Below are positions 28,261 to 38,472 of a stretch of DNA of 64,000 nt, piece after piece. The DNA comes from Promethearchaeota archaeon. GTDB taxonomy: Archaea > Asgardarchaeota > Hermodarchaeia > Hermodarchaeales > Hermodarchaeaceae. The stretch covers positions 1 through 64,000 of the forward strand of contig JBHLPH010000003.1 of the NCBI GenBank assembly GCA_048939625.1, given 5' to 3'. The translations under genes were made by a program, and so were the position numbers. Positions within the stretch are counted from its first letter, which is position 1, and every line of letters begins with the position of its first letter. The notes below the pieces were generated by a model. The model had not been told where the DNA came from. It worked only from the letters and a program-made list of their open reading frames with translations, and searched no databases.

Positions 28261-29220
28261 CTATTTCACACAACAAGCGCTTTGCGTCTTTGTAGAATAG
28301 CCATGTTTCTGCAGATATTGAAGAGTTGCCTTTGTAGGTTGTACAAGACGAGTAACTCCAGCTCGGATTGCGAGTTGTTCTATTTTTCGTCGAATGGCAC
28401 CACGGGGTCGCATACAACCCAAGGCAATTTCTGTTGTCGGAAAAAGTAAGCGGGCAATGGCACAGATTCGTGCGATATCATATGGTGTTGCGGCTGGGCT
28501 AGTAGCCATGGGAGTTCCTTTTGTTGGCATTAAGGCAATAATCACAAGGAGGCGTGGTTGGATATTTGCCTTGATAAGGTGTAAGGCATTGAGCTCCCCG
28601 ACTAATACACCCTTATGGAGGCCTACACAAATATGAGGAGCAGTAGGAATTCGATGTTTTTTCAGCGCCTGCAAGGTCGATTCATAGTCCGATGTTGTTC
28701 GATTTGTCAATCCGTAAATGGTTTGAATAGTGTGATTGCTTCCAACTATATCGACGGAAGCGCAATCAATCCCAGTTTTCGATAATGCTTGAGCATGAGA
28801 GTCAATGAGAAAGCCAGTATGTACATTTAGGAAGAGATCAGTGGATTCTTTGATTTTTTTAATTGCAGGGAAATATGATGAGAGCGGAATGACACCTGTT
28901 TCATCACAACCACCACTGATAAGGCAGCCTTCTTTTTTCTGGTGTGCAAGTTCTTGACAGAATGTGATGAGTTCTTGAGGATTGCGTATAGGGCGCATCT
29001 GGTGAAGAAAGTGTCCTGCACAGTGTTGACATTGCAGTTGGCAGGAGGTTCCTGTTACTGAAATTGAGGGAAACGCCTTTCCCGGAGTATAGAGACCAAT
29101 GTGTCGATTGAAGGATTCTTCTGTTACTCTCTGAGCTTTGAAGAAGAGAGAATTGAGATCCTCAAGAGGAGCTGTGAACCAGTCATGCAAGGAAGCAGCT
29201 TCCTTGCCTGAAGAACTCAT
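28261..29220 (-). CDS. lipS1: Radical SAM lipoyl synthase component LipS1-type
   Basis: CQLQCQHC, GCMRP and terminal CC motifs; clustered with a lipoate ligase. Confidence 0.8.
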   Translation of the reverse strand: MSSSGKEAASLHDWFTAPLEDLNSLFFKAQRVTEESFNRHIGLYTPGKAFPSISVTGTSCQLQCQHCAGHFLHQMRPIRNPQELITFCQELAHQKKEGCLISGGCDETGVIPLSSYFPAIKKIKESTDLFLNVHTGFLIDSHAQALSKTGIDCASVDIVGSNHTIQTIYGLTNRTTSDYESTLQALKKHRIPTAPHICVGLHKGVLVGELNALHLIKANIQPRLLVIIALMPTKGTPMATSPAATPYDIARICAIARLLFPTTEIALGCMRPRGAIRRKIEQLAIRAGVTRLVQPTKATLQYLQKHGYSTKTQSACCVK

Positions 29221-30014
29221 TTTTTTAGCCCCCGTTGGTAGGTCCAGTCTTCATTGGCATACCAAGATTCGGCGATTTGACGAGCTGATTGAAGTTCAGC
29301 ATCGGTTAGGCCTTCTTCATAGAATCGGGCAGGTAATGTTCCAGAAAGCCCTTCAATAAGTGCTTCTTCAATTTGGCCAAAGGAAGGCGTTTTTCCAAGC
29401 TCGTGTTGGAGTGATGTTAATGACATTGCAGCTCTCTTGATTCCATCCACATCTGCTTTTCTTTTATTGATTTTAAGAAAAGTGAACATTTTGTGAAGGT
29501 CTAGCGATCGAAGAATAGTGCCATGCTGAAGAAGGGTGTTGCCCCGACGAGATTGGGCGTTTCCGGAAATTTTCCGCTTTTTCACAAAGAGATTGGGGCA
29601 GTAGTGTTCGGAACCCGAGGCAAATTTAGCGCTGACTCCAAGGCGGTTGAGCCCAACGAGGAGTCCGCTGCAAAGACGCTTATAGGTTTCAATAACATCT
29701 GAGGGGAGCTGGGCGTCATCTGTTCGGCAGATTATGCTATAGGTGAGTTCGCCTTCAAAATCATGATAAACTGCGCCTCCACTTGAAATTCGCCGGACAA
29801 CATCGATGTTGAGTTTTTGGCACGCGTCGACATTAACTTCATCATTAAGGTGTTGAAAGCGTCCGATTGATACTGCAGACGGGTTCCAACGGTAAAATCG
29901 AATCGTGTTAGCCGCAGTGTCTTTATGACAGCCATCTAACAAAACATGGTCAATTGCCATATTCTCAAAGGCGTTGAAAATGCCAGTCCGAATTAAACGC
30001 CATAATTTTGCCAT
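29217..30014 (-). CDS. Lipoate-protein ligase/octanoyltransferase catalytic domain
   Basis: NMAID, VVRRISSGGAVYHD, KISGNAQ, QHGT. Confidence 0.92.
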   Translation of the reverse strand: MAKLWRLIRTGIFNAFENMAIDHVLLDGCHKDTAANTIRFYRWNPSAVSIGRFQHLNDEVNVDACQKLNIDVVRRISSGGAVYHDFEGELTYSIICRTDDAQLPSDVIETYKRLCSGLLVGLNRLGVSAKFASGSEHYCPNLFVKKRKISGNAQSRRGNTLLQHGTILRSLDLHKMFTFLKINKRKADVDGIKRAAMSLTSLQHELGKTPSFGQIEEALIEGLSGTLPARFYEEGLTDAELQSARQIAESWYANEDWTYQRGLKK

Positions 30015-30017
30015 GTT

Positions 30018-31013
30018 TTAAAGAACTCCAGTTAATTGGGATTCGATTTCATTCAAAGCCCCAGTTGGAGGAGGAAAGGGGTAATTATAAAGTGGACCTC
30101 CTGGTTGTTCTGTGAAGAATGGACGATTACATGAAGGACATCCTGATGTTTGAAAAGCCTTCCCTCGTGCAATTACCTCGACCAATCGCTCCTTGGGTAA
30201 TCCGAAACTACTGATTTGATGTGATGTGTTGAAACTGATATTCGACGCTGTTATGATACGGTTCTGAAGGAGATGATGGGCCAGTTGTATGCGACGGTAA
30301 TGCTCTAGAGAGGGACGAGGATGGTTTTCTAGTGGAGTGCCAGTTACTGGTGTAAAAGGAAATAGACCGATTGTGATGTTTTTGCCAATGAGCTCTTGGA
30401 ATAGGTGGACCGTCTGTTGTTCGGTTTCTCCTAGTCCAATGATAAGGTGAGTTGTAATGCGATCTGAGCCTAATACCGATTGTGCAATTTCTAAGGTATC
30501 CATGTGTTGATTCCATGTGAATGGACCTTTATTCTTGCGTCCCTTGATATTTTCAAAGAGTTTTGGGTTGACAGCGTCTAGAGAGATTGCAACTCGGTTG
30601 ACTCCATGATTATCAAGAGTTTGCAGTTGATTCGCATTAAGGGGAGGAAGAGCAAGGGAAAGAGGAATATGTGGTATGATTTTTTTGAATCCATCAATGA
30701 GAGACAGCAGGTCAGTGAAGAGATTTGGGTAACATACCGTTTGGATGCAAAGGCGTTTAAACGTGGAATTAGTTCGATTTTCAGCTAGTGCCGCAAAAAC
30801 CTGATTTAGGGAATAGGAAGGCCATGTGACCCGAGAAAGTTTATCGGCTTTAGCTTTGCTTTCTCGTGCTTGAGCACAAAAAGCACAGTTTGCACTGCAA
30901 CGAGATTGTGTAGATGTCATGGTGTAAGCGGTGGTAGGAAATGCATCTAATTTGCAGTGAACCAGACCTAATAACGATGCTGTTCCAATTGAAAGCCGAA
31001 TCCTTTCAGTCAA
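30018..31013 (-). CDS. lipS2: Radical SAM lipoyl synthase component LipS2-type
   Basis: CSANCAFC, LSRVTWP, TSGCPSCNRP. Confidence 0.8.
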   Translation of the reverse strand: MTERIRLSIGTASLLGLVHCKLDAFPTTAYTMTSTQSRCSANCAFCAQARESKAKADKLSRVTWPSYSLNQVFAALAENRTNSTFKRLCIQTVCYPNLFTDLLSLIDGFKKIIPHIPLSLALPPLNANQLQTLDNHGVNRVAISLDAVNPKLFENIKGRKNKGPFTWNQHMDTLEIAQSVLGSDRITTHLIIGLGETEQQTVHLFQELIGKNITIGLFPFTPVTGTPLENHPRPSLEHYRRIQLAHHLLQNRIITASNISFNTSHQISSFGLPKERLVEVIARGKAFQTSGCPSCNRPFFTEQPGGPLYNYPFPPPTGALNEIESQLTGVL

Positions 31014-31123
31014 TTAGTTTTCCTCAGATTGTTGTATATATAATCAACGTGCTTTACGATAAACTGATTATACAGAAAAATTAGCTTTTCGGGTTTGTGA
31101 ATTCTTAGTCTTTGGTTCTAGAA

Positions 31124-32329
31124 TCAGGATCCTGTTGATTTTAGTCGTTGCCAAATGTAGTGAGGAAGTGCTCGTAGGATCGTGTTTCGATAAGGACGAA
31201 CGCCGACAATTAGATCAGCAACCAGTTGGAGAAATCGTGAATTGGAAGCAATACCTGAGCTAACGTTTTGTGATGCCATTCCGCGGTAGAACATATTTCG
31301 AAGACGTAATCCCCATTTGAGATCACTCCCGAAGGCATGAATCCATTGCTTTTCATATTTATGCAGATAGTGAGCACTTGTATCACCCTTATCCAATGCT
31401 TGTGCGCTGATTTCGCCAGCAATTTTTCCTGCTTTAAAGGCGTAATGAATACCTTCTCCGGTTATAGCACTGCAATGTCCTGCAGCATCGCCCACTAATA
31501 ATACACCGTCAGCAACAGACCGTTTCTCATAGGTTAAAGGAACCAAAGCTCTTTCCATTCGTTGAATCGTCCCACCAGCAAGTTGGCGTTTTCCAATTGG
31601 ATGATCGGTGATGAAATGCTGTAGGTAAGGTTCTAGTCTGTCATGAACCGCATTAAGAAAAGAGCCCACGCCTACATATACTGAATCTCTTTTAGGAAAA
31701 ATCCACAGATATCCATATGGACAGATTTCTCTCCCGTAATAAAGCTCCATGCGAGTGCCAAACCGTTTTGAGATTTTGTCTTCAGAAAGGGCGATGTGAG
31801 CTTGAACTGTGATACCAAGCTGATCCCTGTTAAATCTCTGCCTAAAGTTGGTTTCACGGGCAACCGTAGAATTAACTCCATCTGCCCCAATTAAAATTGA
31901 AGATTGTAGCTCCTTTGTCTTCCCTCTAAGAATTAATCGCCATCTTGAATCTTCACGCAAGCAGTTAATCATTTGATGTTGGAGGAAGATTTGAGCCCCT
32001 GAGTTTTGGGCACGTTCGCATAAAAAGCGCCCTAATGCGTCTCGAGTAATTTGAACTCCAACGGGCTGAGGGTAATCGATATGATGCATGGGTTGCCCAG
32101 GTATTGAAAGTGATATTCCAGTTGTAATCCTTTCTGCGAGTTCGACCGGGATTTTACCTTCAGTTACACCTTCAGCTGTGAGGAATCCTCCACACGGTTT
32201 CGTTTTTCCAGGAATCTGGTCTTTTTCAACTACCGCGACAGCATATCCCTGCTTTGCGATGATTTCCGATGCCAGTAGACCCGCGGGACCTGCGCCTACA
32301 ATAACTGCATCATATCTTGACTCAACCAT
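31124..32329 (-). CDS. GGR-family FAD oxidoreductase
   Basis: GAGPAG, KPCGG, GYLWIFPK, GDAAG...TGEGI. Confidence 0.88.
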   Translation of the reverse strand: MVESRYDAVIVGAGPAGLLASEIIAKQGYAVAVVEKDQIPGKTKPCGGFLTAEGVTEGKIPVELAERITTGISLSIPGQPMHHIDYPQPVGVQITRDALGRFLCERAQNSGAQIFLQHQMINCLREDSRWRLILRGKTKELQSSILIGADGVNSTVARETNFRQRFNRDQLGITVQAHIALSEDKISKRFGTRMELYYGREICPYGYLWIFPKRDSVYVGVGSFLNAVHDRLEPYLQHFITDHPIGKRQLAGGTIQRMERALVPLTYEKRSVADGVLLVGDAAGHCSAITGEGIHYAFKAGKIAGEISAQALDKGDTSAHYLHKYEKQWIHAFGSDLKWGLRLRNMFYRGMASQNVSSGIASNSRFLQLVADLIVGVRPYRNTILRALPHYIWQRLKSTGS

Positions 32330-32422
32330 TGTAGGAGATTGTTAGGTGGTTAGGAATATAATCTTAACAGTTGAAGGTAAAGCCTAAAATTACTAATTGT
32401 CCTCCAAGGAAGCGGTGTTTCT

Positions 32423-32971
32423 ATGCGAATTACCGGATTAGAAGAAGAAAGGAAAGCAGTGTTAGATGTTGCTCGATTAATGCTGCTTGCAGCTCGGACA
32501 GCACCAAAGGGTCGTGGTGACGATGATATCGAAACGATGATTTTGACAGGAAAAGAGAAGAATGCAGTTGCAAAAGAGATGTATAAGATATCTAAGGAGC
32601 CTAATGATCACTGGACTCGAGATGCCAAGAATGTTGAGCAATGCCAGGCCTTATTTTTGATCGGACTCAAAGGACCAAAAACCTTGGGTACACAGTGCGG
32701 AGCTTGTGGATATGAAAATTGTAGGCAAATGCTCAAAGTAGGAAGAAAAGAGGGGCAATTCTTTGCAGGACCCACATGTGTAATCAAGGCAATAGATTTA
32801 GGAATTGCATTAGGAAGCGCGGTGAAGACCGCTCAAATTCATAATGTCGATAATCGAATCTTCTTCCGGGCAGGGGTCGCTGCTTACCGCCTGAAGCTCA
32901 TACCTGAATCCACAATTATTATTGGCATTCCTTTAGCAGCTATGGGTAAGAGTCCATTTTTTGACAGGTGA
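32423..32971 (+). CDS. DUF2148 ferredoxin-like/nitroreductase-fold protein
   Basis: AARTAPKGRG, CGACGYENC, DLGIALGSA, DNRI, KSPFFDR. Confidence 0.85.
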   Translation: MRITGLEEERKAVLDVARLMLLAARTAPKGRGDDDIETMILTGKEKNAVAKEMYKISKEPNDHWTRDAKNVEQCQALFLIGLKGPKTLGTQCGACGYENCRQMLKVGRKEGQFFAGPTCVIKAIDLGIALGSAVKTAQIHNVDNRIFFRAGVAAYRLKLIPESTIIIGIPLAAMGKSPFFDR

Positions 32972-32985
32972 GATGAAAAAAGGAA

Positions 32986-33111
32986 TGGTAGCCCGTCGCG
33001 GATTCGAACCGCGGTCCCAAGGTTTCTCTCTCATTATAATTAATGGGTCCAGAGCCTCGGATGATTGACCAATGTGCATACTCACTTTGAAGTAATCTAC
33101 ACTAACGGGCT
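32986..33111 (-). tRNA. tRNA-Gln(CUG) with two 25-nt introns (positions 15/16 and 37/38), encoded CCA
   Basis: Acceptor AGCCCGT/ACGGGCT, T-arm CGCGG-TTCGAAT-CCGCG. Removing 33072-33096 and 33024-33048 yields a 76-nt tRNA with anticodon CTG. Confidence 0.92.
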
Positions 33112-33135
33112 TCAGCGCAAAAAAGCGAGTTTGCC

Positions 33136-33405
33136 TTATTTAGTCTTTTTGCTTTTGGTTTTCGTTTCTTTCCTTGTGGATGGTTGTGGAACTTCTTTGG
33201 GTTCCTCTATTCGACTGATAAGTAATCCTGAATCGAGAAAAATTTTGAATTTGTGATCCTCATGTATGACCTCGAATGGAACAGGATACTGAGTTGCATC
33301 TTTTACTGCATCCGTTGTAACATAGAAGACCGCACGCTCACCACAAATTGGGCATTTGAGGGCTTTCCAGAATTTTCGAACAGATTCAGACATGGAATAT
33401 ATCAC
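33136..33405 (-). CDS. Small Zn-finger protein (CxxC...HxxH)
   Basis: CPICG...VIHEDH. Confidence 0.7.
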   Translation of the reverse strand: MIYSMSESVRKFWKALKCPICGERAVFYVTTDAVKDATQYPVPFEVIHEDHKFKIFLDSGLLISRIEEPKEVPQPSTRKETKTKSKKTK

Positions 33406-33408
33406 CAG

Positions 33409-34299
33409 TTATTTCAGATTCTCTATAGCGTTGGCAATTACAGGAGCAACTGATACATGACTTATTGCAGAGGGAACAGTATCTGTACCAACAACGTCTA
33501 GGGCCCCAGCTTCATAAATACGGACAAGCGCATTGAGGACCAGAAGAGGATGCGTACATGCAACGTAGATATTATTAGCGCCATTATCCTTCAGAACCCC
33601 GATTGCTTTGATGATAGTGTTTCCTGTACTGATAATATCGTCTACAATTAACACATCTCTCCCCTTGAGATCTAATCTACGGGGCTTAATTTCGACGGTT
33701 TCGGCATCGTGGCGTTTCTTCTCGAGAGCATCATAATCTACTGATAGTGCATCGGCTGCTGTTTTTGCCCATGCACCCGCTTCAGCGTCAGGTCCAATGA
33801 CTGCCGGATTTTGGAGGGTATGCTTCTTATTCATATAATTAGCAAGCTCAGCCATAGCCGTCAAATCATGCAAAGGAACAGTTGTAAGATTATCTTGATC
33901 AACAACTCGATGACGATGTGAATCGATCGTGAAAATGGAATCAGAGCCTGCAGCTTCAACGAGTCGACTGATGGTTTTTAGACTGATTGCTTCACCTGGC
34001 TTAAATCGTTCATCTTGTCTAGCATAGGCGAAATAGGGTAGAACCGTTATGACGCGTTTTGCTTTTAGGTCTTTAAGGGCATCAAGCATGAGAAAGAGTT
34101 CAATAAGGTGATCGTTTGGCTTCAGGGCAAGGGATTGAACCACAATAACCTCTTCTTTTGCGACTTCACTGAGAAATCTTACGTAGGTTTCACCATCAGG
34201 GAAATGCTTTATTTCGGTATTCAGGTATTTCGCTTTGAGTGCTTGAGCAACTTTCCAGGCAAGGAATTTTGAGGGGCTTCCGCTTGTAACTAAGACCAT
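33409..34299 (-). CDS. prs: Ribose-phosphate pyrophosphokinase
   Basis: FPDGETYVR, PYFAYARQD, VDDIISTGNT. Confidence 0.95.
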   Translation of the reverse strand: MVLVTSGSPSKFLAWKVAQALKAKYLNTEIKHFPDGETYVRFLSEVAKEEVIVVQSLALKPNDHLIELFLMLDALKDLKAKRVITVLPYFAYARQDERFKPGEAISLKTISRLVEAAGSDSIFTIDSHRHRVVDQDNLTTVPLHDLTAMAELANYMNKKHTLQNPAVIGPDAEAGAWAKTAADALSVDYDALEKKRHDAETVEIKPRRLDLKGRDVLIVDDIISTGNTIIKAIGVLKDNGANNIYVACTHPLLVLNALVRIYEAGALDVVGTDTVPSAISHVSVAPVIANAIENLK

Positions 34300-34390
34300 G
34301 GACGGTGTCCTCACGTGGCAATGCTTCTTAACTTTGACTAACTGCACATAAGCTTAGTGGAAGCCAGTTAGCATGCGGATAGACTATAGA

Positions 34391-35218
34391 TTACTTCGCA
34401 AGCATGGTTTCAAACCAGAGAACAAGAGCACGGAGTGCATCGTTAGAGAGTCGTTGTGAATATACTAGCACACTTCCAGCCTGATCGATTCGACAGGAAA
34501 GGGGGCGCCCGATTTGGTCGATTATTGGTGATATGAAACTGATGGCATGCAATGAAGCAGCGTTTTTCTGGATATCCTTGTATAAGCTTAATTTGTGTAA
34601 ATCACGGGCCCGAAGATTAACCTCGTCTAGCTCAGTTCCATTGATTTCGATGTTTCGAAATACTGCACGGACTAATTCACCTGGACCACCATTCGAATAA
34701 CTTGTAAGAGATCTAATGATTTTTTGCATTTTCCTGGAATCGATTTCAAAGGTGGATAATCGACCCGGATAACCAAGGACCGCAGAGGATAGAATCCAAG
34801 TAGCGGCATCAATTGCCCGACTGGGAATATCCATTATGAAACAAAATCCGGTTTCAGGACGCCATAGAATTGGTGCTGTGACCGTATAGGGAACAATGCG
34901 ATAACGCCTTTCGCGTCTCCCAAATTCAGGGATTTTTACCATCCGATCATAAGTGAGAGTTAGTTCGATAAAGGATGATGAAGCTTTTTGACATTGTAGG
35001 ACTGCATTAGGAAGAAGTTGTCCAACCCGACGGGTACTCATCCGACCACGTTTGAGTCCTGAAGAATCGGTATCTTCATCTGATCCTGCAGGTCCAACAA
35101 GATCTTCTAAACTAAATCGGATTTGAGTTAATTTTCGAGTAACTGGGACTATAGCTCGGGTTTCTGTAATATGGATAGCCTGCACGAAATACCTCCAACC
35201 ATTCAATATAATGTTCAA
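34391..35218 (-). CDS. Hypothetical protein
   Basis: 275-aa ORF, alpha/beta composition. Confidence 0.7.
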   Translation of the reverse strand: MNIILNGWRYFVQAIHITETRAIVPVTRKLTQIRFSLEDLVGPAGSDEDTDSSGLKRGRMSTRRVGQLLPNAVLQCQKASSSFIELTLTYDRMVKIPEFGRRERRYRIVPYTVTAPILWRPETGFCFIMDIPSRAIDAATWILSSAVLGYPGRLSTFEIDSRKMQKIIRSLTSYSNGGPGELVRAVFRNIEINGTELDEVNLRARDLHKLSLYKDIQKNAASLHAISFISPIIDQIGRPLSCRIDQAGSVLVYSQRLSNDALRALVLWFETMLAK

Positions 35219-35334
35219 CTTCTATATATGTAAAAAAGCTGAGATTTTTGTCGCTTTTTATTTCTTGATTGGGAGGAAGGAATGATTCAAAAAGTACTGA
35301 TGAAGGATAAATCCACGTATCCGGAGGTTTACAA

Positions 35335-36093
35335 ATGGGACCAAAAGATGAAGAGCGAAAACGAGCTGTCATCACTCCTGATGAAGGTGAGCACCATCAT
35401 GGTCACTCCCATGGTCATAGTCATGGACATTCTCATCAGCCAAAGCCCGAAACAATCGATATTTCAGTAGAAGAAAATTTCATGGACCGGAATAAATCGC
35501 TAGCTCAGAAAAATCTTGAATATTTCAACAAACGGGGCATTCGTACCATTAACATACTGGGGAGTGTGGGGTCGGGAAAAACCTCACTGGTTGAAGCAAT
35601 TTCGCAGAAACTAGATCAACGTCGAGAGGAAATTCTTGTTATCGCAGGTGATGTCACAACTACTATCGATGCGGACCGAATCGCCAAACATGGAGTAAGG
35701 ACAATTCAAGTCAATACGGGTGTTGAGTGCCATCTCGATGCAAAATTAATTAAAAAGGCACTCGATTCAGCGAATTTAAGCAAAACAAAAATCATCATAA
35801 TAGAAAATGTTGGTAACCTTATCTGTCCTGCTGATTTCCCCTTGGGAAGCCACCTACGACTGGTAGTTGTCAGCGTAACAGAAGGCCCTTGGATGATTCA
35901 AAAGCACCCGGTCATGTTTCATGAAGCCGATATTCTGGTCATAAATAAAATCGATTTAGCCGATGTGATGGAAGTGGATGTTGATCAACTAGAACGCGAT
36001 GCTAAGCAAATTAACCCGAAACTTAAGGTCTTCCGAACAAGTGTTCGCAATGACATCGGCGTTGATGAGGTAATCAAGAATCTTGGCTTCTGA
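35335..36093 (+). CDS. hypB: Hydrogenase nickel-incorporation GTPase
   Basis: His-rich N-terminus, GSVGSGKT, CHLDA, ENVGNLICPA, NKID. Confidence 0.95.
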   Translation: MGPKDEERKRAVITPDEGEHHHGHSHGHSHGHSHQPKPETIDISVEENFMDRNKSLAQKNLEYFNKRGIRTINILGSVGSGKTSLVEAISQKLDQRREEILVIAGDVTTTIDADRIAKHGVRTIQVNTGVECHLDAKLIKKALDSANLSKTKIIIIENVGNLICPADFPLGSHLRLVVVSVTEGPWMIQKHPVMFHEADILVINKIDLADVMEVDVDQLERDAKQINPKLKVFRTSVRNDIGVDEVIKNLGF

Positions 36094-36106
36094 AGGCTAC
36101 TTGTTT

Positions 36107-36511
36107 TTAGCCAAAACCAAGCATTTTTTCTAGCCTGGCAGCTGTTCGTTTAAGCTCAAGCAGTAGTGGTCCTAAACGCGCGTTTTTTTCAGTAATGAAC
36201 AGAACAACGGCTAACGGTCCACTATATCGGAGAAGAATGTAGCCCTGGTCACATTTAACATAGATGTTGTCCAATTCGCCTTTGTTGAGATTATCCATGG
36301 TTGTAGATCCAATTGAGAGCATTGACGAGGCTAAGGCAGCTAGTTCAGCTTCCTCAATTTTCGCATCAACTGCACTTGCCATGGGGAGGCCGTCAGTTGA
36401 GACAACAGCCACGCCTTGAATGCCATCGACACTTTGCTCCGCCTCCCGGAGTATCTGCATAATCGCTTCCATTGGATCCTCGATATCGGGTGGCTCAGTC
36501 ATAGACAACAC
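36107..36511 (-). CDS. Roadblock/LC7 protein
   Basis: GVAVVSTDGLPMASA...LAALASSMLSIG...ARLGPLLLEL. Confidence 0.92.
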   Translation of the reverse strand: MLSMTEPPDIEDPMEAIMQILREAEQSVDGIQGVAVVSTDGLPMASAVDAKIEEAELAALASSMLSIGSTTMDNLNKGELDNIYVKCDQGYILLRYSGPLAVVLFITEKNARLGPLLLELKRTAARLEKMLGFG

Positions 36512-36572
36512 GGAAACGGGCTGATATTAGCATTAACACTTGATTCGACTCCCTAAAAACCTGCGCTAGACT

Positions 36573-37337
36573 TTAGGATTGCTGTATCCATCCTAAATTC
36601 TTCACAGTCAGTAATAATCGCTGCGTAATTGGGAGCGCCACAAGAATTCCGACCATGACTTGCATGAAATTGAATGGTAATTCTACGATAGCAGCATATT
36701 GGAAGATGAAGAATTCATAGAGGAAGTAGCCTGTCATCATGAAAAGACCACCGAGAAGCATAGCCGTTACATTCCAGGCGGCTTTGGCATCGTATTTAAG
36801 CGTTAGAAAAATGGTCATGGATCCAAGAAAGATTGCTAAGATAAACCAAACCCAAGAGGGGAGGAAAAAGGGGATTTCCCACCAAGGGCTTCCCCATAGA
36901 GCAAGTTCTCCGCTAAAACGGAGAACCCCAATTATCACCATACAAAGTGCTAATCCCAAACCTAAGCCAATTCCAAGGTACCGTAATTGCTTGGGTTCAA
37001 TGCGATCTCTTAAAGCCCAACTTAAGTAACCGACAATAAATCCTTCAAGACCTTTGATAATTAGAGTCCCGGGAGCATAGTGGGCATATCCAGTGGCTAA
37101 ATCTGCAATCATTGATCCAACGCCTCCTGCGAAGCTTCCGATAATTGGACCAAAAAGTATCGCAGTGATATAGACTCCGACTTCACCCAAATTGAAGTAC
37201 CCTTGGGTTGCAGGGACTGCGATCTGAAACGACACAGTTAGTACAGCTATTAAAGCCGTCATCAAAGCGGTAAGAGAAAGTAGAAGTGTGTTGGGCATTT
37301 GAGGAAGTAAAGATGAAATCCGTTTCATCATTCTCAC
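36573..37337 (-). CDS. ECF transporter S component
   Basis: PATQGYFNLGE, GGVGSMIADL, TLIIKGLEG, PFNFMQ. Confidence 0.88.
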   Translation of the reverse strand: MRMMKRISSLLPQMPNTLLLSLTALMTALIAVLTVSFQIAVPATQGYFNLGEVGVYITAILFGPIIGSFAGGVGSMIADLATGYAHYAPGTLIIKGLEGFIVGYLSWALRDRIEPKQLRYLGIGLGLGLALCMVIIGVLRFSGELALWGSPWWEIPFFLPSWVWFILAIFLGSMTIFLTLKYDAKAAWNVTAMLLGGLFMMTGYFLYEFFIFQYAAIVELPFNFMQVMVGILVALPITQRLLLTVKNLGWIQQS

Positions 37338-37364
37338 TTCTGTGTGCTACAAGACAACCCTCAC

Positions 37365-38291
37365 TTATGTATATCTTGGTCCAACCGGAAATACCCTTGA
37401 AACAAGAATTGAATTTGGAGGAACTAGGTGTTCCAATGACTCGGTTACAGAATCAACTGAATCCACGTGCACTAATGCGTGAAACGCTTCACCAATCATA
37501 TTCTGTGTAGCCCCAACAGCTCCGGCTTCTTGGACTCTTTCTAACACATTAGCCACACGAGGAGTTAGGAAGCCAACTTTCCTTGCGAATCCAAGACAGC
37601 GACGCATAAAATGAGCTGGGCTTGGATTTTCTTGAACCTGGTTTAACACCCTTTGACCTTCACGATTAACAACTTGTAATGCTTTCTTTGAAAAGATAAT
37701 ATTGGCCTTTGATATTGGAGCAAAGCTAGCTGTCACAATTCGATACGTAGGATCGAGGGGAATCCAATCCACTCTGTCATAACCTGGTGCTCCTGGTTCA
37801 AGGATTAGAATCATCCCCCCGCGAATGACTCCACTAACACTTCCAAGCCCAGTTGCACATCGAATTTCAGCAAAATGTGCAAACTCTCCGATTCTGTTTA
37901 AGGTGAGATTTAGTTCTAGTGCTCTATTTAGGGCCATGGCTGTACTGACTGCACCCGCAGCACTTGCACCATAACCCGCACCAATTGGAACTTCCACTTT
38001 ATGATGAACCTGGAGCCTGTATGGTGTCCCAAGGGTGCAAAGGAGCAACTGACAAACGTCTTGAGTTACTTTTGCCTCCGGGGCTATTTGCCCATTAATG
38101 GTAACCTCAACCTGGTTTGTGCTTGCTGGCGTAACAGTGATTTGAGTGTAGACCCCCTTTTCCAGAATGAATCCACCACCTCGAGCTCCTATTCTACAAG
38201 CGCCTTCCATTGTAGTAGGAGGTGACTCTGTGGCTACGGCTTGAAAGAAGCTCGATATTCCTGCAGGACAAAAAGCTGATGCACTGGTCAT
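37365..38291 (-). CDS. Pantoate kinase-family GHMP kinase (paralogue 2)
   Basis: AFCPAGISSFF, GARGGG, PIGAGYGASAA, AHFAEI..ATGLG, QNMIGE. Confidence 0.85.
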   Translation of the reverse strand: MTSASAFCPAGISSFFQAVATESPPTTMEGACRIGARGGGFILEKGVYTQITVTPASTNQVEVTINGQIAPEAKVTQDVCQLLLCTLGTPYRLQVHHKVEVPIGAGYGASAAGAVSTAMALNRALELNLTLNRIGEFAHFAEIRCATGLGSVSGVIRGGMILILEPGAPGYDRVDWIPLDPTYRIVTASFAPISKANIIFSKKALQVVNREGQRVLNQVQENPSPAHFMRRCLGFARKVGFLTPRVANVLERVQEAGAVGATQNMIGEAFHALVHVDSVDSVTESLEHLVPPNSILVSRVFPVGPRYT

Positions 38292-38472
38292 ACAATGTAA
38301 GCATTCAGTGACATTGCTTCTTTAAGCTAATGGCGCCAAAAGGATTTATTTCATGTAAAAATGAGTATAGAATTTAAATTCTTTAAATATGGGTTGCAGA
38401 ATATTTATTTTCTCAAGTAACGTCACGCGACCTACAAAGTTACTCTAATATCCACGGCAGTAGGATCCAACA

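Noticed and set aside
35393-35437. Short CATGGTCA-type tandem repeats
   Set aside because: They simply encode the His-Gly-His-Ser nickel-binding tract of HypB.
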